From a virus (lineage: Duplodnaviria > Heunggongvirae > Uroviricota > Caudoviricetes), in the IMG/VR virus record IMGVR_UViG_2541047834_000005, positions 1-44,807 of that record: a stretch of DNA of 44,807 bases; one strand, given 5' to 3'. Position numbers and translations under genes: made by a program. Below the pieces are notes generated by a model. It did not search any database. It was not told where the DNA came from and saw nothing but the letters and a program-made list of their open reading frames with translations. This document shows positions 29,448 through 38,194 of this stretch, one piece after another; position 1 is the stretch's first letter; every line of letters begins with the position of its first letter.

Positions 29448-31328
29448 TTAATACTCCGTCACGTTTTCCTGTCGCCACGCCTCGTCATATTCCGATTTCG
29501 GCATATTGGCGATGTAGCTATATGGCGATCCTGATTCAAGTTGCAGGAACTGGTGCGATTGTTCATCAAGGAACAACGGGACACCACCTTCCCAACCTTC
29601 GCCGTTACGTTGTTTTTCAAGCATCAAAACAGATGCCGGAGATGCCAGTAGCTGTTCGTCCTTCTCTGACATCTTTTCACCACTCTGAACTCTCTGTAAC
29701 GCTCTCTCGCGAGCCTTGTTACGCCAGATGATGAAAAGGTTGTCTGTCAGGTCTGTTATCGCTCCAGAGCCTTTTACGTCCATTTTCCCGGTTGGTTTTT
29801 CTTCGCTGTCTCCTTTTCGCGAGTGAGTAACGAGAATGACGTGGGAGTTTGTTTTGTTTTTGAAGTCGCAAATCGAGTCAACAAACGCCTTCTGCCCGTT
29901 ATAGTCATCGTCGCCTATGCCACATTTCATCAGGCTGTCGATGATGAATAACTGGATGCCGTATCGGCGGCGAGCGTAGTCGAATATTTCGATCAGCCTG
30001 TCGGCTTTCGCCGTTCCGGTCAGGCCAAACACCCAAAGTCTTTCGTCATAAAATTTAAATGCAGAGTCAATTTCCAGCACTGGCGGCATCTTGCAGCACG
30101 TTGCCTGACGGGTAAGTCGCTTAAGGAGAATGCCTGGCTTCAGCTCAAGTGATGCAATGCAGGTCTTTACACCCTGACGCATTGCCTCAAGTGCCATATG
30201 CCCGACAACCTCCGTTTTTCCGTGACCGTTCACACCATTGACCAGCGTCAACTCGGCCTCACGGAACTGGAATTTATCTGCCAGAGATTCCCACGGTGGA
30301 TTAAACAGATACTGCTGCTTGCCGTAGAAAGCGTTGATAGTGTCCTGGTAAAACTCTCGCGCGCTGTAGAGTTCTTCAGGATCGAAGTAGGATGCCGTGC
30401 CGATGTACTGCCAGATTTCATCCTCGGTAACACCGTTCATCAGGCATTCGTTGATGTCTTTGTACGGCAGAGTAACAAGACGGCAACGATGTTCACCGAG
30501 TCGGCTTGCGATTTCCCTTGCGGCTTCACGACCAACATCATCAACGTCCATCGAGATGAATATTTCCTCAAACCTGTCGAGGTTGTGATACTCAAACTCA
30601 ATCCACTGTTGCTTAGCACCTTTCCCGCCACCAAACGGCACGGATAACGCCGAGATGCCGTATTGCGCATAGCTCATACAATCAATTTCGCCTTCGCAAA
30701 GTACAACCGCCCTCACGCCAGCGTCCAGAGCCTGCCATCCGAACAGACAAGGTTCGCAATCACCTTCTGCCATAATGACTTTCTTCCCGTCCGGGCGCTC
30801 AGTGCTGATTCGCTTGACCTGCAACAACTCACCATCGCGTTTGTACGGAAGCACCAGAGCATCCAGTTCTCGTTCTCCATTCCACACCTTGCCGCTGACA
30901 ACCTCGTAGCGCTTTACGACTTCTGGCGATATGCCACGCGATTGCAGGTACTCAAGATGGGATTCTGTTCTGGTAACGTAGCGGGCGATTTTCTTGCGAT
31001 CAGGTCTGGAGAATTTCTTCTCACGTTTGGCATCGAAATGGTGATCGTCATCCTTGATACCGAGAAATGCTTTCGCTTCCTGCATAGCCTGATGCAGGTT
31101 AATTCCTCGACATGCCATCCACAAATCAAGCATGTCACCGCCGTCTCCCTCAGCGAAATCAGCCCATTTTTTCTTGCCGCTAAGGTTGACCTTAAGGCTG
31201 TTTCCCTTGTCACCGTTGACGTTACCGGCAACCCACTCATGCCCCTCTTTTTTGCCGTTTGGCAACAGGTGCGGAGCCACCCTGTCAACCTGCGACCAAA
31301 GCAGGTCGCTGAGTTCACTTGGCGTCAT
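29448..31328 (-). CDS. Bifunctional DNA primase / DnaB-like replicative helicase
   Basis: 626 aa; toprim-like LCEGEIDCMSY segment; Walker A GVNGHGKT and Walker B IIDSL; occupies the P position after O. Confidence 0.7.
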   Translation of the reverse strand: MTPSELSDLLWSQVDRVAPHLLPNGKKEGHEWVAGNVNGDKGNSLKVNLSGKKKWADFAEGDGGDMLDLWMACRGINLHQAMQEAKAFLGIKDDDHHFDAKREKKFSRPDRKKIARYVTRTESHLEYLQSRGISPEVVKRYEVVSGKVWNGERELDALVLPYKRDGELLQVKRISTERPDGKKVIMAEGDCEPCLFGWQALDAGVRAVVLCEGEIDCMSYAQYGISALSVPFGGGKGAKQQWIEFEYHNLDRFEEIFISMDVDDVGREAAREIASRLGEHRCRLVTLPYKDINECLMNGVTEDEIWQYIGTASYFDPEELYSAREFYQDTINAFYGKQQYLFNPPWESLADKFQFREAELTLVNGVNGHGKTEVVGHMALEAMRQGVKTCIASLELKPGILLKRLTRQATCCKMPPVLEIDSAFKFYDERLWVFGLTGTAKADRLIEIFDYARRRYGIQLFIIDSLMKCGIGDDDYNGQKAFVDSICDFKNKTNSHVILVTHSRKGDSEEKPTGKMDVKGSGAITDLTDNLFIIWRNKARERALQRVQSGEKMSEKDEQLLASPASVLMLEKQRNGEGWEGGVPLFLDEQSHQFLQLESGSPYSYIANMPKSEYDEAWRQENVTEY

Positions 31329-31435
31329 GATTCCCTCAGATTGAGATTTTTAAACCAGAAATCGACAAACGAAATACTTAACCAGCCGTGGTTATAACCA
31401 GCGACCAGTAGCGATTTGATTTTTGATTTCATGGT

Positions 31436-32296
31436 TCACCTGTCGAAAAACACGTAGCCAGTTTTCGATACGGTGATTGCGGATAATGGTTTGGATTGTG
31501 GTTGAATAGTTTCTGGCTTCTCGTCGTTCCAGCGTTGACCGTTCAGGTAGCTCGATGGTAACAACCTGTCGAATCCGAACTGCTTACCATTCCTGCATGC
31601 GATGTCTTCTGCCAGCATCGTGGCAAACTCGCTTGCCGTACCACTGGTAGTTTTACGCCATTCCCTGAACTGTGTTCTGAATGCTGAAACTGCGTTTTTC
31701 TTCCCGGCTTTCCGCATGCCTGCACACCAGAATATTTCCTCGAATGCCTTGTCGGTTTCTTCGTGACGGTCAGATGATTTTTCACACTCCGTCCGAACAC
31801 TTTCGGACATAGTGTTTTTATTATTTCTTTTTTCTTTTGTAATAGTTTCTTTTGTGTGTCCCTGTTTTGGTGACAGCGCTGTCACCGTTTTGGTGACACT
31901 TTTTGTCACCAATGTAGTGACATTATCACCAGAGTAGTGACACCCTTCGATTTGCCATTCCTCGATGTTCTTGTTAGGCCCGATTTGCTGGCCTTCGCGA
32001 AGGATAACCTTCATCGCGATAAGCTCATTCTTGGCCTTGTTTACCTTCTGTCTTGGCAGCCTGGTAATTTGAGCTAACTGACTATCAGAGATGCGATCCA
32101 TCTTTTTACCGTAGCCGTATGTTTTACGGCATATGGCGTGGGCAACCTTGCTCTGATTTTTCGTTAAATCTGCGCCGATAAGCTCTTCATACAGGGCATT
32201 TGCAAGACGGGTATAACCATCTTCAACTTCTGCCACACGACGCTCCACAGGCCGTTGTGAAGGCCTTAAATGTGTTACGGTTGCAAGATTACTCAT
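31436..32296 (-). CDS. Replication initiator O-like protein
   Basis: 286 aa; N-terminal domain resembles lambda O ([21 protein letters not shown]...MDRISDSQL); ori iterons lie inside the gene. Confidence 0.75.
   Translation of the reverse strand: MSNLATVTHLRPSQRPVERRVAEVEDGYTRLANALYEELIGADLTKNQSKVAHAICRKTYGYGKKMDRISDSQLAQITRLPRQKVNKAKNELIAMKVILREGQQIGPNKNIEEWQIEGCHYSGDNVTTLVTKSVTKTVTALSPKQGHTKETITKEKRNNKNTMSESVRTECEKSSDRHEETDKAFEEIFWCAGMRKAGKKNAVSAFRTQFREWRKTTSGTASEFATMLAEDIACRNGKQFGFDRLLPSSYLNGQRWNDEKPETIQPQSKPLSAITVSKTGYVFFDR
31811..31946. repeat. Putative replication origin: AT-rich tract followed by GGTGACA/TGTCACC iteron dyads inside the O gene
   Basis: Five or more copies of the 7-mer as palindromic pairs (tggtgacagcgctgtcacc, tggtgacactttttgtcacca, ...) within ~80 bp, preceded by a ~50-bp AT-rich stretch. 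Confidence 0.6.
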
Positions 32297-32480
32297 GACC
32301 TTTCTCCTTCTGCATCAGCTTCACTTTTTCCAACTCAGCCCGGAATCGACCAGGCTGCTTGAAGCTGGACAGGAAGCGATCACGTAGTATGTGTTTGTGA
32401 ATTTTGTCCTGGTAAGGACTGAGTTGTTTTGTCATAATGACTCCTGTGGATTGATCCAGTCTTTCTACATCAGGCCTCAA
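32289..32480 (-). CDS. Small hypothetical ORF bridging cII and O
   Basis: 63-aa ORF overlapping both neighbours by a few bp; no recognisable family. Confidence 0.2.
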   Translation of the reverse strand: MRPDVERLDQSTGVIMTKQLSPYQDKIHKHILRDRFLSSFKQPGRFRAELEKVKLMQKEKGHE

Positions 32481-32748
32481 AACTGTTGCCGCAGTCTTGA
32501 GGCTTTTCTTTTGTCAGCACCATGGCTACTTTCTTTGCCAGCTCCGCTAATTCCTCGTCTTCAACACCCCACTCCAGTACAGCCAGAAGCATGGCCATCT
32601 TTGGGATAAAGCTGTCTTTCCATCGCGAAATTTGCGATTCATTGATCCCTAATGCATCAGCAACCTTTCGCTGACCACGTACAGCAATTCGATTTAGGAT
32701 GTTGCTTGTAATTGCATTCGCTTTCTTGCGAGTACTTGTAAGTTGCAT
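32470..32748 (-). CDS. cII: cII transcriptional activator
   Basis: Start at internal ATG ([23 protein letters not shown]...); ESQISRWK...[19 protein letters not shown] matches lambda cII; AAGGAAA RBS upstream. Confidence 0.8.
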   Translation of the reverse strand: MQLTSTRKKANAITSNILNRIAVRGQRKVADALGINESQISRWKDSFIPKMAMLLAVLEWGVEDEELAELAKKVAMVLTKEKPQDCGNSFEA

Positions 32749-32781
32749 ATGTAAGTATTTCCTTAACAAATAAGAAGTTAT

Positions 32782-32799
32782 GCGCACCAACTGATGCGC
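32782..32799 (-). terminator. tR1-like hairpin between nutR and cII
   Basis: GCGCA-N8-TGCGC dyad followed on the transcribed strand by a T-rich tract. Confidence 0.35.
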
Positions 32800-32806
32800 G
32801 TTGTAT

Positions 32807-32851
32807 TCCCGCATTTCGGCGGGAATGAGGACCATGACTGTTAAAGAGCGG
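32807..32851 (-). promoter_or_regulatory. nutR (boxA CGCTCTTTAAC plus boxB hairpin TTCCCGCCGAAATGCGGGAA)
   Basis: boxA-like sequence and perfect hairpin between cro and cII; identical boxB found in nutL. Confidence 0.6.
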
Positions 32852-32856
32852 TGTTA

Positions 32857-33051
32857 CTATTTGTTTTTCTTGTTGCTTGGGAAAGGACGAACTTCCTCTC
32901 CAATCACACTGCCATCAGGCTTTACCGTAACCATAATGTTACGGCCTGCCAGAATGGCCTTGCTGATAGCGCACTGGATTACACCAAAGTCACTGGCTGC
33001 TTTAGCCTGTCCATGGATTTTGGCGTAATCGGCAAGTGTCATTCGAATCAT
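32857..33051 (-). CDS. cro: Cro repressor
   Basis: [33 protein letters not shown]...FPSNKK aligns with lambda Cro; GGAGAG RBS. Confidence 0.8.
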   Translation of the reverse strand: MIRMTLADYAKIHGQAKAASDFGVIQCAISKAILAGRNIMVTVKPDGSVIGEEVRPFPSNKKNK

Positions 33052-33080
33052 ATGCACTCTCCGTTATTAACCATGAACAA

Positions 33081-33151
33081 AGAATACTACAGGTATTCAA
33101 AGCAATCAATACTCAGGGTATTTTTAGTTTAAGTACCTTAGTTATTAGAAT
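33081..33151. promoter_or_regulatory. oR region: two AATAC-N5-GTATT operators (33083-33097, 33108-33122), pR (-10 TATTCT, -35 TTGATT on minus strand) and leaderless-type pRM (-10 TAGAAT 33146-33151)
   Basis: Two perfect dyads 25 bp centre to centre overlapping candidate pR hexamers; TAGAAT ends 6 nt before the cI ATG with no SD. Confidence 0.55.
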
Positions 33152-33157
33152 TAAGCT

Positions 33158-33874
33158 ATGGAAAATAAAAAATCACTGACGACAGAACAGCTCGAAGACG
33201 CTAAGCGGCTTAAGGCTTTGTATGAGTCAAAAAAGAAAGAATTGGGAATAACCCAATACTCAATCGCTGATGAACTGGGTATCACCCAAGGAGCGGTAGG
33301 GCATTATCTTAATGGCAGAAACGCGCTAAACGTTGAGGTTGCATCTGGTTTTGCACGACTGTTGCAAGTCTCAATTGCTGATTTTAGCCAGTCAATTGCT
33401 GCCAAGGTTGCAGAACAGGCAGAAAGCCTTAAGAGCGATGCCAACGTAAGGTATGCAGGGGAATACAGAGCAGGAAAGAGGTATCCGGTGTTAAGCAGTA
33501 TCCAGGCTGGCTCGTGGTGTGAAGCATGCGAACCATACACCATTAAAGACATAGATGTTTGGCTTGAGTCTGACGCGCATATTCAAGGTAATGCGTTCTG
33601 GCTTAAAGTGGAAGGTGATTCAATGACGGCACCGGTTGGGTTAAGCATTCCAGAGGGAACATTCGTTCTTTTCGATACCGGAAGGGAGGCGATCAACGGC
33701 AGCTTGGTCATAGCAAAACTTTCTGACTCTAACGAAGCAACATTCAAGAAGCTGATAATCGACGGCGGAAATAAATACCTCAAGGGACTTAACCCTGCAT
33801 GGCCTCTCGTGCCAATCAATGGAAACTGCAAGATTATAGGCGTTGCAATTGAGACAAAACTAAGGCTGGTTTGA
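33158..33874 (+). CDS. cI: cI repressor (HTH + LexA/S24-like autocleavage domain)
   Basis: 238 aa; N-terminal HTH (QYSIADELGITQGAVGHYLNG) and C-terminal S24 region (GDSM...K). Confidence 0.85.
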   Translation: MENKKSLTTEQLEDAKRLKALYESKKKELGITQYSIADELGITQGAVGHYLNGRNALNVEVASGFARLLQVSIADFSQSIAAKVAEQAESLKSDANVRYAGEYRAGKRYPVLSSIQAGSWCEACEPYTIKDIDVWLESDAHIQGNAFWLKVEGDSMTAPVGLSIPEGTFVLFDTGREAINGSLVIAKLSDSNEATFKKLIIDGGNKYLKGLNPAWPLVPINGNCKIIGVAIETKLRLV

Positions 33875-34260
33875 TCACGCAAGGGGCGCTTATGGTTGGA
33901 ACCGCTATAGCAAGCTTTTTTGGGATGTTGGCAATCTCGACAATTTACGGCTTAGCGCATGCTTTTATTGCGAAATCTCTATCAGAAAAAATAAGCCAGG
34001 CTTGGGCGCATAGATCAGCTCGTTTCATGATTCTGGTGATCATAGCAATACAAGGGATATCTGCATTTATCCTCTATGGTTCAAGCTTATACCTGTTGTA
34101 TCAAGGCGCGACATTTACGCCTTACACCAGTGATTACGGAACGCTATACGATGGTAGTGAAGACATCTCTATGGCTTGGATTGTCTTTGGTTTATCTATG
34201 GCCGTGTCTGTTGTAGCAGACATCATTAAGGTAATTCTCGTCTTAACCTTCGCTGACTAA
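33871..34260 (+). CDS. Small polytopic membrane protein coupled to cI (rexAB position)
   Basis: 129 aa with three to four hydrophobic helices; start overlaps the cI stop; between cI and oL/pL. Confidence 0.5.
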   Translation: MITQGALMVGTAIASFFGMLAISTIYGLAHAFIAKSLSEKISQAWAHRSARFMILVIIAIQGISAFILYGSSLYLLYQGATFTPYTSDYGTLYDGSEDISMAWIVFGLSMAVSVVADIIKVILVLTFAD

Positions 34261-34346
34261 CCCATAATCCCGGCAGCAATAGCTATCGGGATCCACTTCA
34301 CATATCCCGCATAAAAAGCACTGAACAAGCAGACACCGAAAAAATA

Positions 34347-34432
34347 AATATCCTTTGTATTCATTTGCTTATCATTATTTCACCAAAAATAAATACCTTG
34401 GGTATTTACACAATAAAATACCTACAGTATTC
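34347..34432 (+). promoter_or_regulatory. oL/pL: three operator dyads (34347-34361 imperfect, 34392-34406, 34417-34431) with -35 TTTACA (34404-34409) and -10 TATTCT (34427-34432)
   Basis: Same AATAC-N5-GTATT dyad as at oR; 17-bp spacer; both hexamers overlap operators. Confidence 0.55.
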
Positions 34433-34479
34433 TTTAGCCATCAGCAGGACGCTGGAAGCCAAACGGAACAGATTGGCAG

Positions 34480-34520
34480 GCTCTTTAACATTGATGGGAT
34501 TGTCCCGCCGAAATGCGGGA
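34480..34520 (+). promoter_or_regulatory. nutL (boxA GCTCTTTAA plus boxB hairpin TCCCGCCGAAATGCGGGA)
   Basis: Same boxB as nutR, downstream of pL and upstream of N. Confidence 0.6.
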
Positions 34521-34851
34521 ACCAAAGAGTAGTTGGCTTTGGGGTGTGGTGAAGGGTTCATGGACGGGAATATGTCGCACGTAAAGCGGCGAGGCCTGCG
34601 GGACTATTGCCGAATTGAAGTCGGACGAAGCGGGTCGAAATGGGTCTCCCACCTACCACACCACCAAAGCTAATCATCTGAGGAACAGAAAATGTTAGAC
34701 ATCATGACCAACCCAATTCTCGGTGGTTTAGTTACCACATTCGCCATCTGCTTCGGTTTCACTATCTGGTCTGAAGTAGATGACTGGATGTGGGAACGCA
34801 AAAACAAATAATCATCGACACACAAGGATGTGCACCTACCCGGAGGTCAAC

Positions 34852-35157
34852 ATGACAGTAGTCATTACATATCTGGCTGACGATAACGCCAGAAATCGCC
34901 GCAGAGCACGCAGACAGGCTCAACGTGAGCAGGCAATGCAAGAACAGCGACTGGCGCGAAAAATTGCGCTAAAGCTCTCTGGTTGCGTCAGAGCAGACAA
35001 AGCAGCATCACTCGGAAGCCTTCTCTGCAAGAGGGTAGAAGAAGTCGAGCGTAAACAGAACCGTATTTACTACCGCAAGCCACGGAGTGAAATGGGTGTG
35101 ACATGCTCAGGCCGCCAGAAGCAACGCGGAAAATCAATTCCAGCTTATTACGATTGA
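34852..35157 (+). CDS. N: N-like transcription antiterminator
   Basis: Arg-rich N-terminus (NARNRRRARRQAQREQA); C-terminus GVTCSGRQKQRGKSIP resembles lambda N; GGAGG RBS; actual start inside the listed 125-aa ORF. Confidence 0.75.
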   Translation: MTVVITYLADDNARNRRRARRQAQREQAMQEQRLARKIALKLSGCVRADKAASLGSLLCKRVEEVERKQNRIYYRKPRSEMGVTCSGRQKQRGKSIPAYYD

Positions 35158-35165
35158 GGTGAGAT

Positions 35166-35417
35166 ATGGAATTTCATGAAAGTGCGATTTGTGATTTTCG
35201 CGCTAACGCAAATTCAGTAAAACCACAGCCAATTGCAGTTCTTTTTAAAACAATGGGTGCGTGGGCTGTTTTATGCTTCGCCGCTGATGACACTGACGCA
35301 AGAATGGCAATAGGCCAAGAGATGGAGATGGACCCGACAAACGATGAATTCATAATTTATGGCGCTCCATCTAATTACTTACTTGATACCTGCAACATTT
35401 ACAACAAGGCTGCCTGA
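35166..35417 (+). CDS. Hypothetical protein
   Basis: 83-aa ORF just downstream of N. Confidence 0.45.
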   Translation: MEFHESAICDFRANANSVKPQPIAVLFKTMGAWAVLCFAADDTDARMAIGQEMEMDPTNDEFIIYGAPSNYLLDTCNIYNKAA

Positions 35418-35456
35418 CGGTGGCTTTTATTTTTGGCATAAACAACAGAGGCTAAC

Positions 35457-35747
35457 ATGGAATTTAAAGGTACTGAAGGTAAGTGGGAAATAATGATGGA
35501 TGGCGATGAGATTAAAATCATCCAGGCAGACTCACTTGAAAATGGCGCAGGCTGGCGTTCGTATATTGCAATCTGTGAGGAAGTTCAATGCATTGAAGAT
35601 GCCAATCTAATAGCGGCAGCACCTGACCTTTTAAATGCCATGAAAGCGATGCTAAACAAGGCATACAAGCAAAACTGGAATGACCATTATCCTGATGAAG
35701 TATCGAAAGCACAGTCAGCAATTAGCAAAGCTCTTGGAGATGAGTAA
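35457..35747 (+). CDS. Hypothetical protein with Ea22 N-terminal-like segment
   Basis: 96 aa; segment IAICEEVQCIEDANLIAAAPDLLNAM resembles the N-terminal region of the Ea22-like protein at 39531. Confidence 0.45.
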   Translation: MEFKGTEGKWEIMMDGDEIKIIQADSLENGAGWRSYIAICEEVQCIEDANLIAAAPDLLNAMKAMLNKAYKQNWNDHYPDEVSKAQSAISKALGDE

Positions 35748-35935
35748 TGAAAGTAAAAATAACTGCTTCTAATACCAGTTTTGTTAGTGTTGGTGATATT
35801 ACAGAAATAATAACAAACCATGATGAAACACAAGTTATGTGGTCTGATTTCTGTAAAAGATATGAGCGAGTTAGTTGGTGTGAAAACGTATGGGGCGTCG
35901 AATACGAAGAATTACCTGAAATGCATGACGAATAA
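35747..35935 (+). CDS. Hypothetical protein
   Basis: 62 aa; ATGA-type overlap with the upstream ORF. Confidence 0.4.
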   Translation: MKVKITASNTSFVSVGDITEIITNHDETQVMWSDFCKRYERVSWCENVWGVEYEELPEMHDE

Positions 35936-36070
35936 GCACTGTGTATTCATTCCAACGAGTGAATACACGGAGCAATGTCGCTCGTAACTAAACAGGAGCC
36001 GACTTGTTCTGATTATTGGAAATCTTCTTTGCCCTCCAGTGTGAGGGCAATTTTTTTTGATGGAGGATAT

Positions 36071-37039
36071 ATGAGTGAAGTAACAGATTTAGTTGTTATT
36101 GAAAAAGCAAATGCAATGACTGTATTTCAGTCTGCCGACCAGATTGAAGAAATCCTTCAAAAGGTTGAACGTGAAGTTATGTCCTTTGTGCCTGATATCA
36201 CAACGGCAAAGGGCAGAAAGGAGATCGCTTCTCTGGCGTATAAAGTTGCGCAGACGAAAACATATCTCGATGGTCTTGGCAAAGACCTTGTTGCTGAACT
36301 GAAGGAAATTCCAAAGCTAATTGATGCTAACCGCAAGACAGTGCGTGATCGCCTTGATGAGCTGAAAGCCAAGGCACGCCAGCCTCTTACTGATTATGAG
36401 GAAGAACAGGCACGGATTAAAGCCGAAGAAGAAGCTAAGGCAGCAGCTGAAGCTCTCGCAAAGCAAATTGAGTCTGACCATGAAATAGCGATTTTGATGG
36501 ATCGCGAATTTGACCGCCAAAGAGAAGAGGCAAGACTCAAAGCGGAGCAGGAAAAGCGAGAGCATGAAGAACGCTTAAAAAGAGAAGCTGAAGAGAAAGC
36601 CAGAGCAGAAGCCGAAGCAAAGGCAAAAGCCGAAATTGAAGCAGCAGCAAGGCGAGAAGCAGAAGCTAAGGCCGCAGCGGAACGTGCAGAGCGTGAACGC
36701 ATTGAAGCCGAGCAACGAGCACAGCGCGAAGCAAAAGAGGCAGCAGAACGAGCTGAAAGAGAAAAGCAGGCGGCAATTGAAGCAGAACGCCGAAAAGCAC
36801 AGGAGGAGGCTGAACGAATCAGGCGCGAGGCTGAAGCAAAAGAGCAAGCCAGAATAGCAGAAGAAAAAAGAATCAAGGAAGAAGAAGAGCGTAGAGCAAA
36901 GGATAAAGCTCACCGGAAAGAAGTAAATAACAAAATACTTGCTGACCTTATCAAGGTTGGCGCATCAGAAGATGTTGCTAAAAATATCATAACAGCCATC
37001 GTAAAAGGCGAAGTATTCGCAACAAAAATAACCTACTAA
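36071..37039 (+). CDS. Hypothetical protein with long charged E/A/K/R-rich coiled-coil
   Basis: Start at ATG 36071 preceded by GGAGG; central ~180 residues are almost pure EAKR repeats; globular N- and C-terminal regions. Confidence 0.6.
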   Translation: MSEVTDLVVIEKANAMTVFQSADQIEEILQKVEREVMSFVPDITTAKGRKEIASLAYKVAQTKTYLDGLGKDLVAELKEIPKLIDANRKTVRDRLDELKAKARQPLTDYEEEQARIKAEEEAKAAAEALAKQIESDHEIAILMDREFDRQREEARLKAEQEKREHEERLKREAEEKARAEAEAKAKAEIEAAARREAEAKAAAERAERERIEAEQRAQREAKEAAERAEREKQAAIEAERRKAQEEAERIRREAEAKEQARIAEEKRIKEEEERRAKDKAHRKEVNNKILADLIKVGASEDVAKNIITAIVKGEVFATKITY

Positions 37040-37063
37040 TAAAACCAACATAAGGAACCACCC

Positions 37064-37195
37064 ATGATTTACGCAATCGCGGGAGGCGCTCGCATGGGTG
37101 CCTTCCAACTAAATGAATCTTTACTTGAACGAATCACCCGTAAATTACGTGACGGATGGAAAAGAGTTGAGGTCTTATTATGCGCAATGAAATAG
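37064..37195 (+). CDS. cIII: cIII-like protease inhibitor
   Basis: 43 aa; ESLLERITRKLRDGWKR matches the lambda cIII core. Confidence 0.75.
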   Translation: MIYAIAGGARMGAFQLNESLLERITRKLRDGWKRVEVLLCAMK

Positions 37196-37332
37196 CCATC
37201 AATCACCAGATGCTTCGTGCTGCACAAAACAAAGCAGTAATAGCCAGATTTATTGGTGATTCAAAAATGTGGCTTGAAGCAAATAAAGCGATGAAATCAG
37301 CTATCAACCTTCCGTGGTATCGCAGGAAATGA
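37180..37332 (+). CDS. Kil-like small protein (possible cell division inhibitor)
   Basis: 50 aa directly after cIII; IARFIGDSKMWLEANKAM segment is reminiscent of Kil. Confidence 0.4.
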   Translation: MRNEIAINHQMLRAAQNKAVIARFIGDSKMWLEANKAMKSAINLPWYRRK

Positions 37333-37499
37333 GTTTTACAGATAACTGGTCAGACGAAGAATTCATTCGTCAGATGAAAGAATTAATCGGTAACGAAGGA
37401 GATATTCATGTCACTTGCAACCACAGTGAAGGAGAGCAAGTTACAGAGACGCATGTACACGCAGCAGGCGTTAATGTATCGCCAGAAGGGAGATCGTGA
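37329..37499 (+). CDS. Small hypothetical protein
   Basis: Internal start MSFTDNWSDEEFIRQMKE... within the listed 61-aa ORF; position upstream of erf. Confidence 0.3.
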   Translation: MSFTDNWSDEEFIRQMKELIGNEGDIHVTCNHSEGEQVTETHVHAAGVNVSPEGRS

Positions 37500-37588
37500 A
37501 GGTGTTCGCGTATTTTTGAATGCGGCAAAGACTGAAGTATTAAATCAGCGTTATTTCCTTGGGCCATGTCCATTCTGAGAACAATCAT

Positions 37589-38194
37589 ATGAGCAAAGAA
37601 TTTTACGCAAGACTGGCAGCTATTCAGGAGAATCTGAACGCGCCAAAGAATCAGTACAACTCATTCGGCAAATATAAATACAGAAGCTGCGAAGACATTC
37701 TTGAAGGCGTTAAGCCGTTACTGAATGGCCTGTTTTTATCAATCAGCGATGAAGTTGTGTTGATTGGTGATCGGTATTACGTGAAAGCCACGGCAACTAT
37801 TACCGATGGCGAAAACAGTCATACGGCAACCGCTCTTGCACGAGAGGAAGAAAGCAAGAAAGGAATGGATTCTGCACAAGTTACGGGAGCTACAAGCTCT
37901 TATGCACGCAAGTATTGCCTCAATGGTTTGTTCGGCATTGATGATGCGAAAGATGCAGATACAGACGAGCATAAACATCAGCAGAACGCAGCAGCAAAGC
38001 AATCAAAGCCATCACCTACACCTGAACAGGTTCTAAAAGCATTCACTGACGCAGCAATGCAGAAAAACACCGTAGAAGAGCTTAAACAGGCGTTCGCCAA
38101 AGCGTGGAAGATGCTCGAAGGCACACCGGAGCAGCACAAAGCGCAGGGCGTTTACAACATCAGACGAGACGAATTAGAAGGAGCGGCTGCTTAA
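37589..38194 (+). CDS. erf: Erf-family single-strand annealing protein (P22 Erf-like)
   Basis: MSKEFYARLAAIQENLNAPKNQYNSFGKYKYRSCEDILEGVKPLL... matches P22 Erf closely as I recall it. Confidence 0.85.
   Translation: MSKEFYARLAAIQENLNAPKNQYNSFGKYKYRSCEDILEGVKPLLNGLFLSISDEVVLIGDRYYVKATATITDGENSHTATALAREEESKKGMDSAQVTGATSSYARKYCLNGLFGIDDAKDADTDEHKHQQNAAAKQSKPSPTPEQVLKAFTDAAMQKNTVEELKQAFAKAWKMLEGTPEQHKAQGVYNIRRDELEGAAA

Noticed and set aside
32470-32835. 121-aa version of the cII ORF with an N-terminal extension
   Set aside because: The extension covers nutR and the tR1-like hairpin; the homology-supported cII start is the internal ATG at 32748.
33052-33057. GTG start for cro at 33057 as given by the track
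   Set aside because: Alignment with lambda Cro and the position of a GGAGAG Shine-Dalgarno favour the ATG at 33051.
34355-34552. 65-aa ORF in the track between the cI-coupled gene and N
   Set aside because: It spans the oL operator dyads, the pL hexamers and the nutL boxA/boxB hairpin; far more likely regulatory DNA than coding.
36157-36913. Several long minus-strand ORFs (71-160 aa, Ala/Ser/Cys/Phe-rich)
   Set aside because: They are antisense shadows of the repetitive GAA/GCA/AAG codons of the coiled-coil gene.
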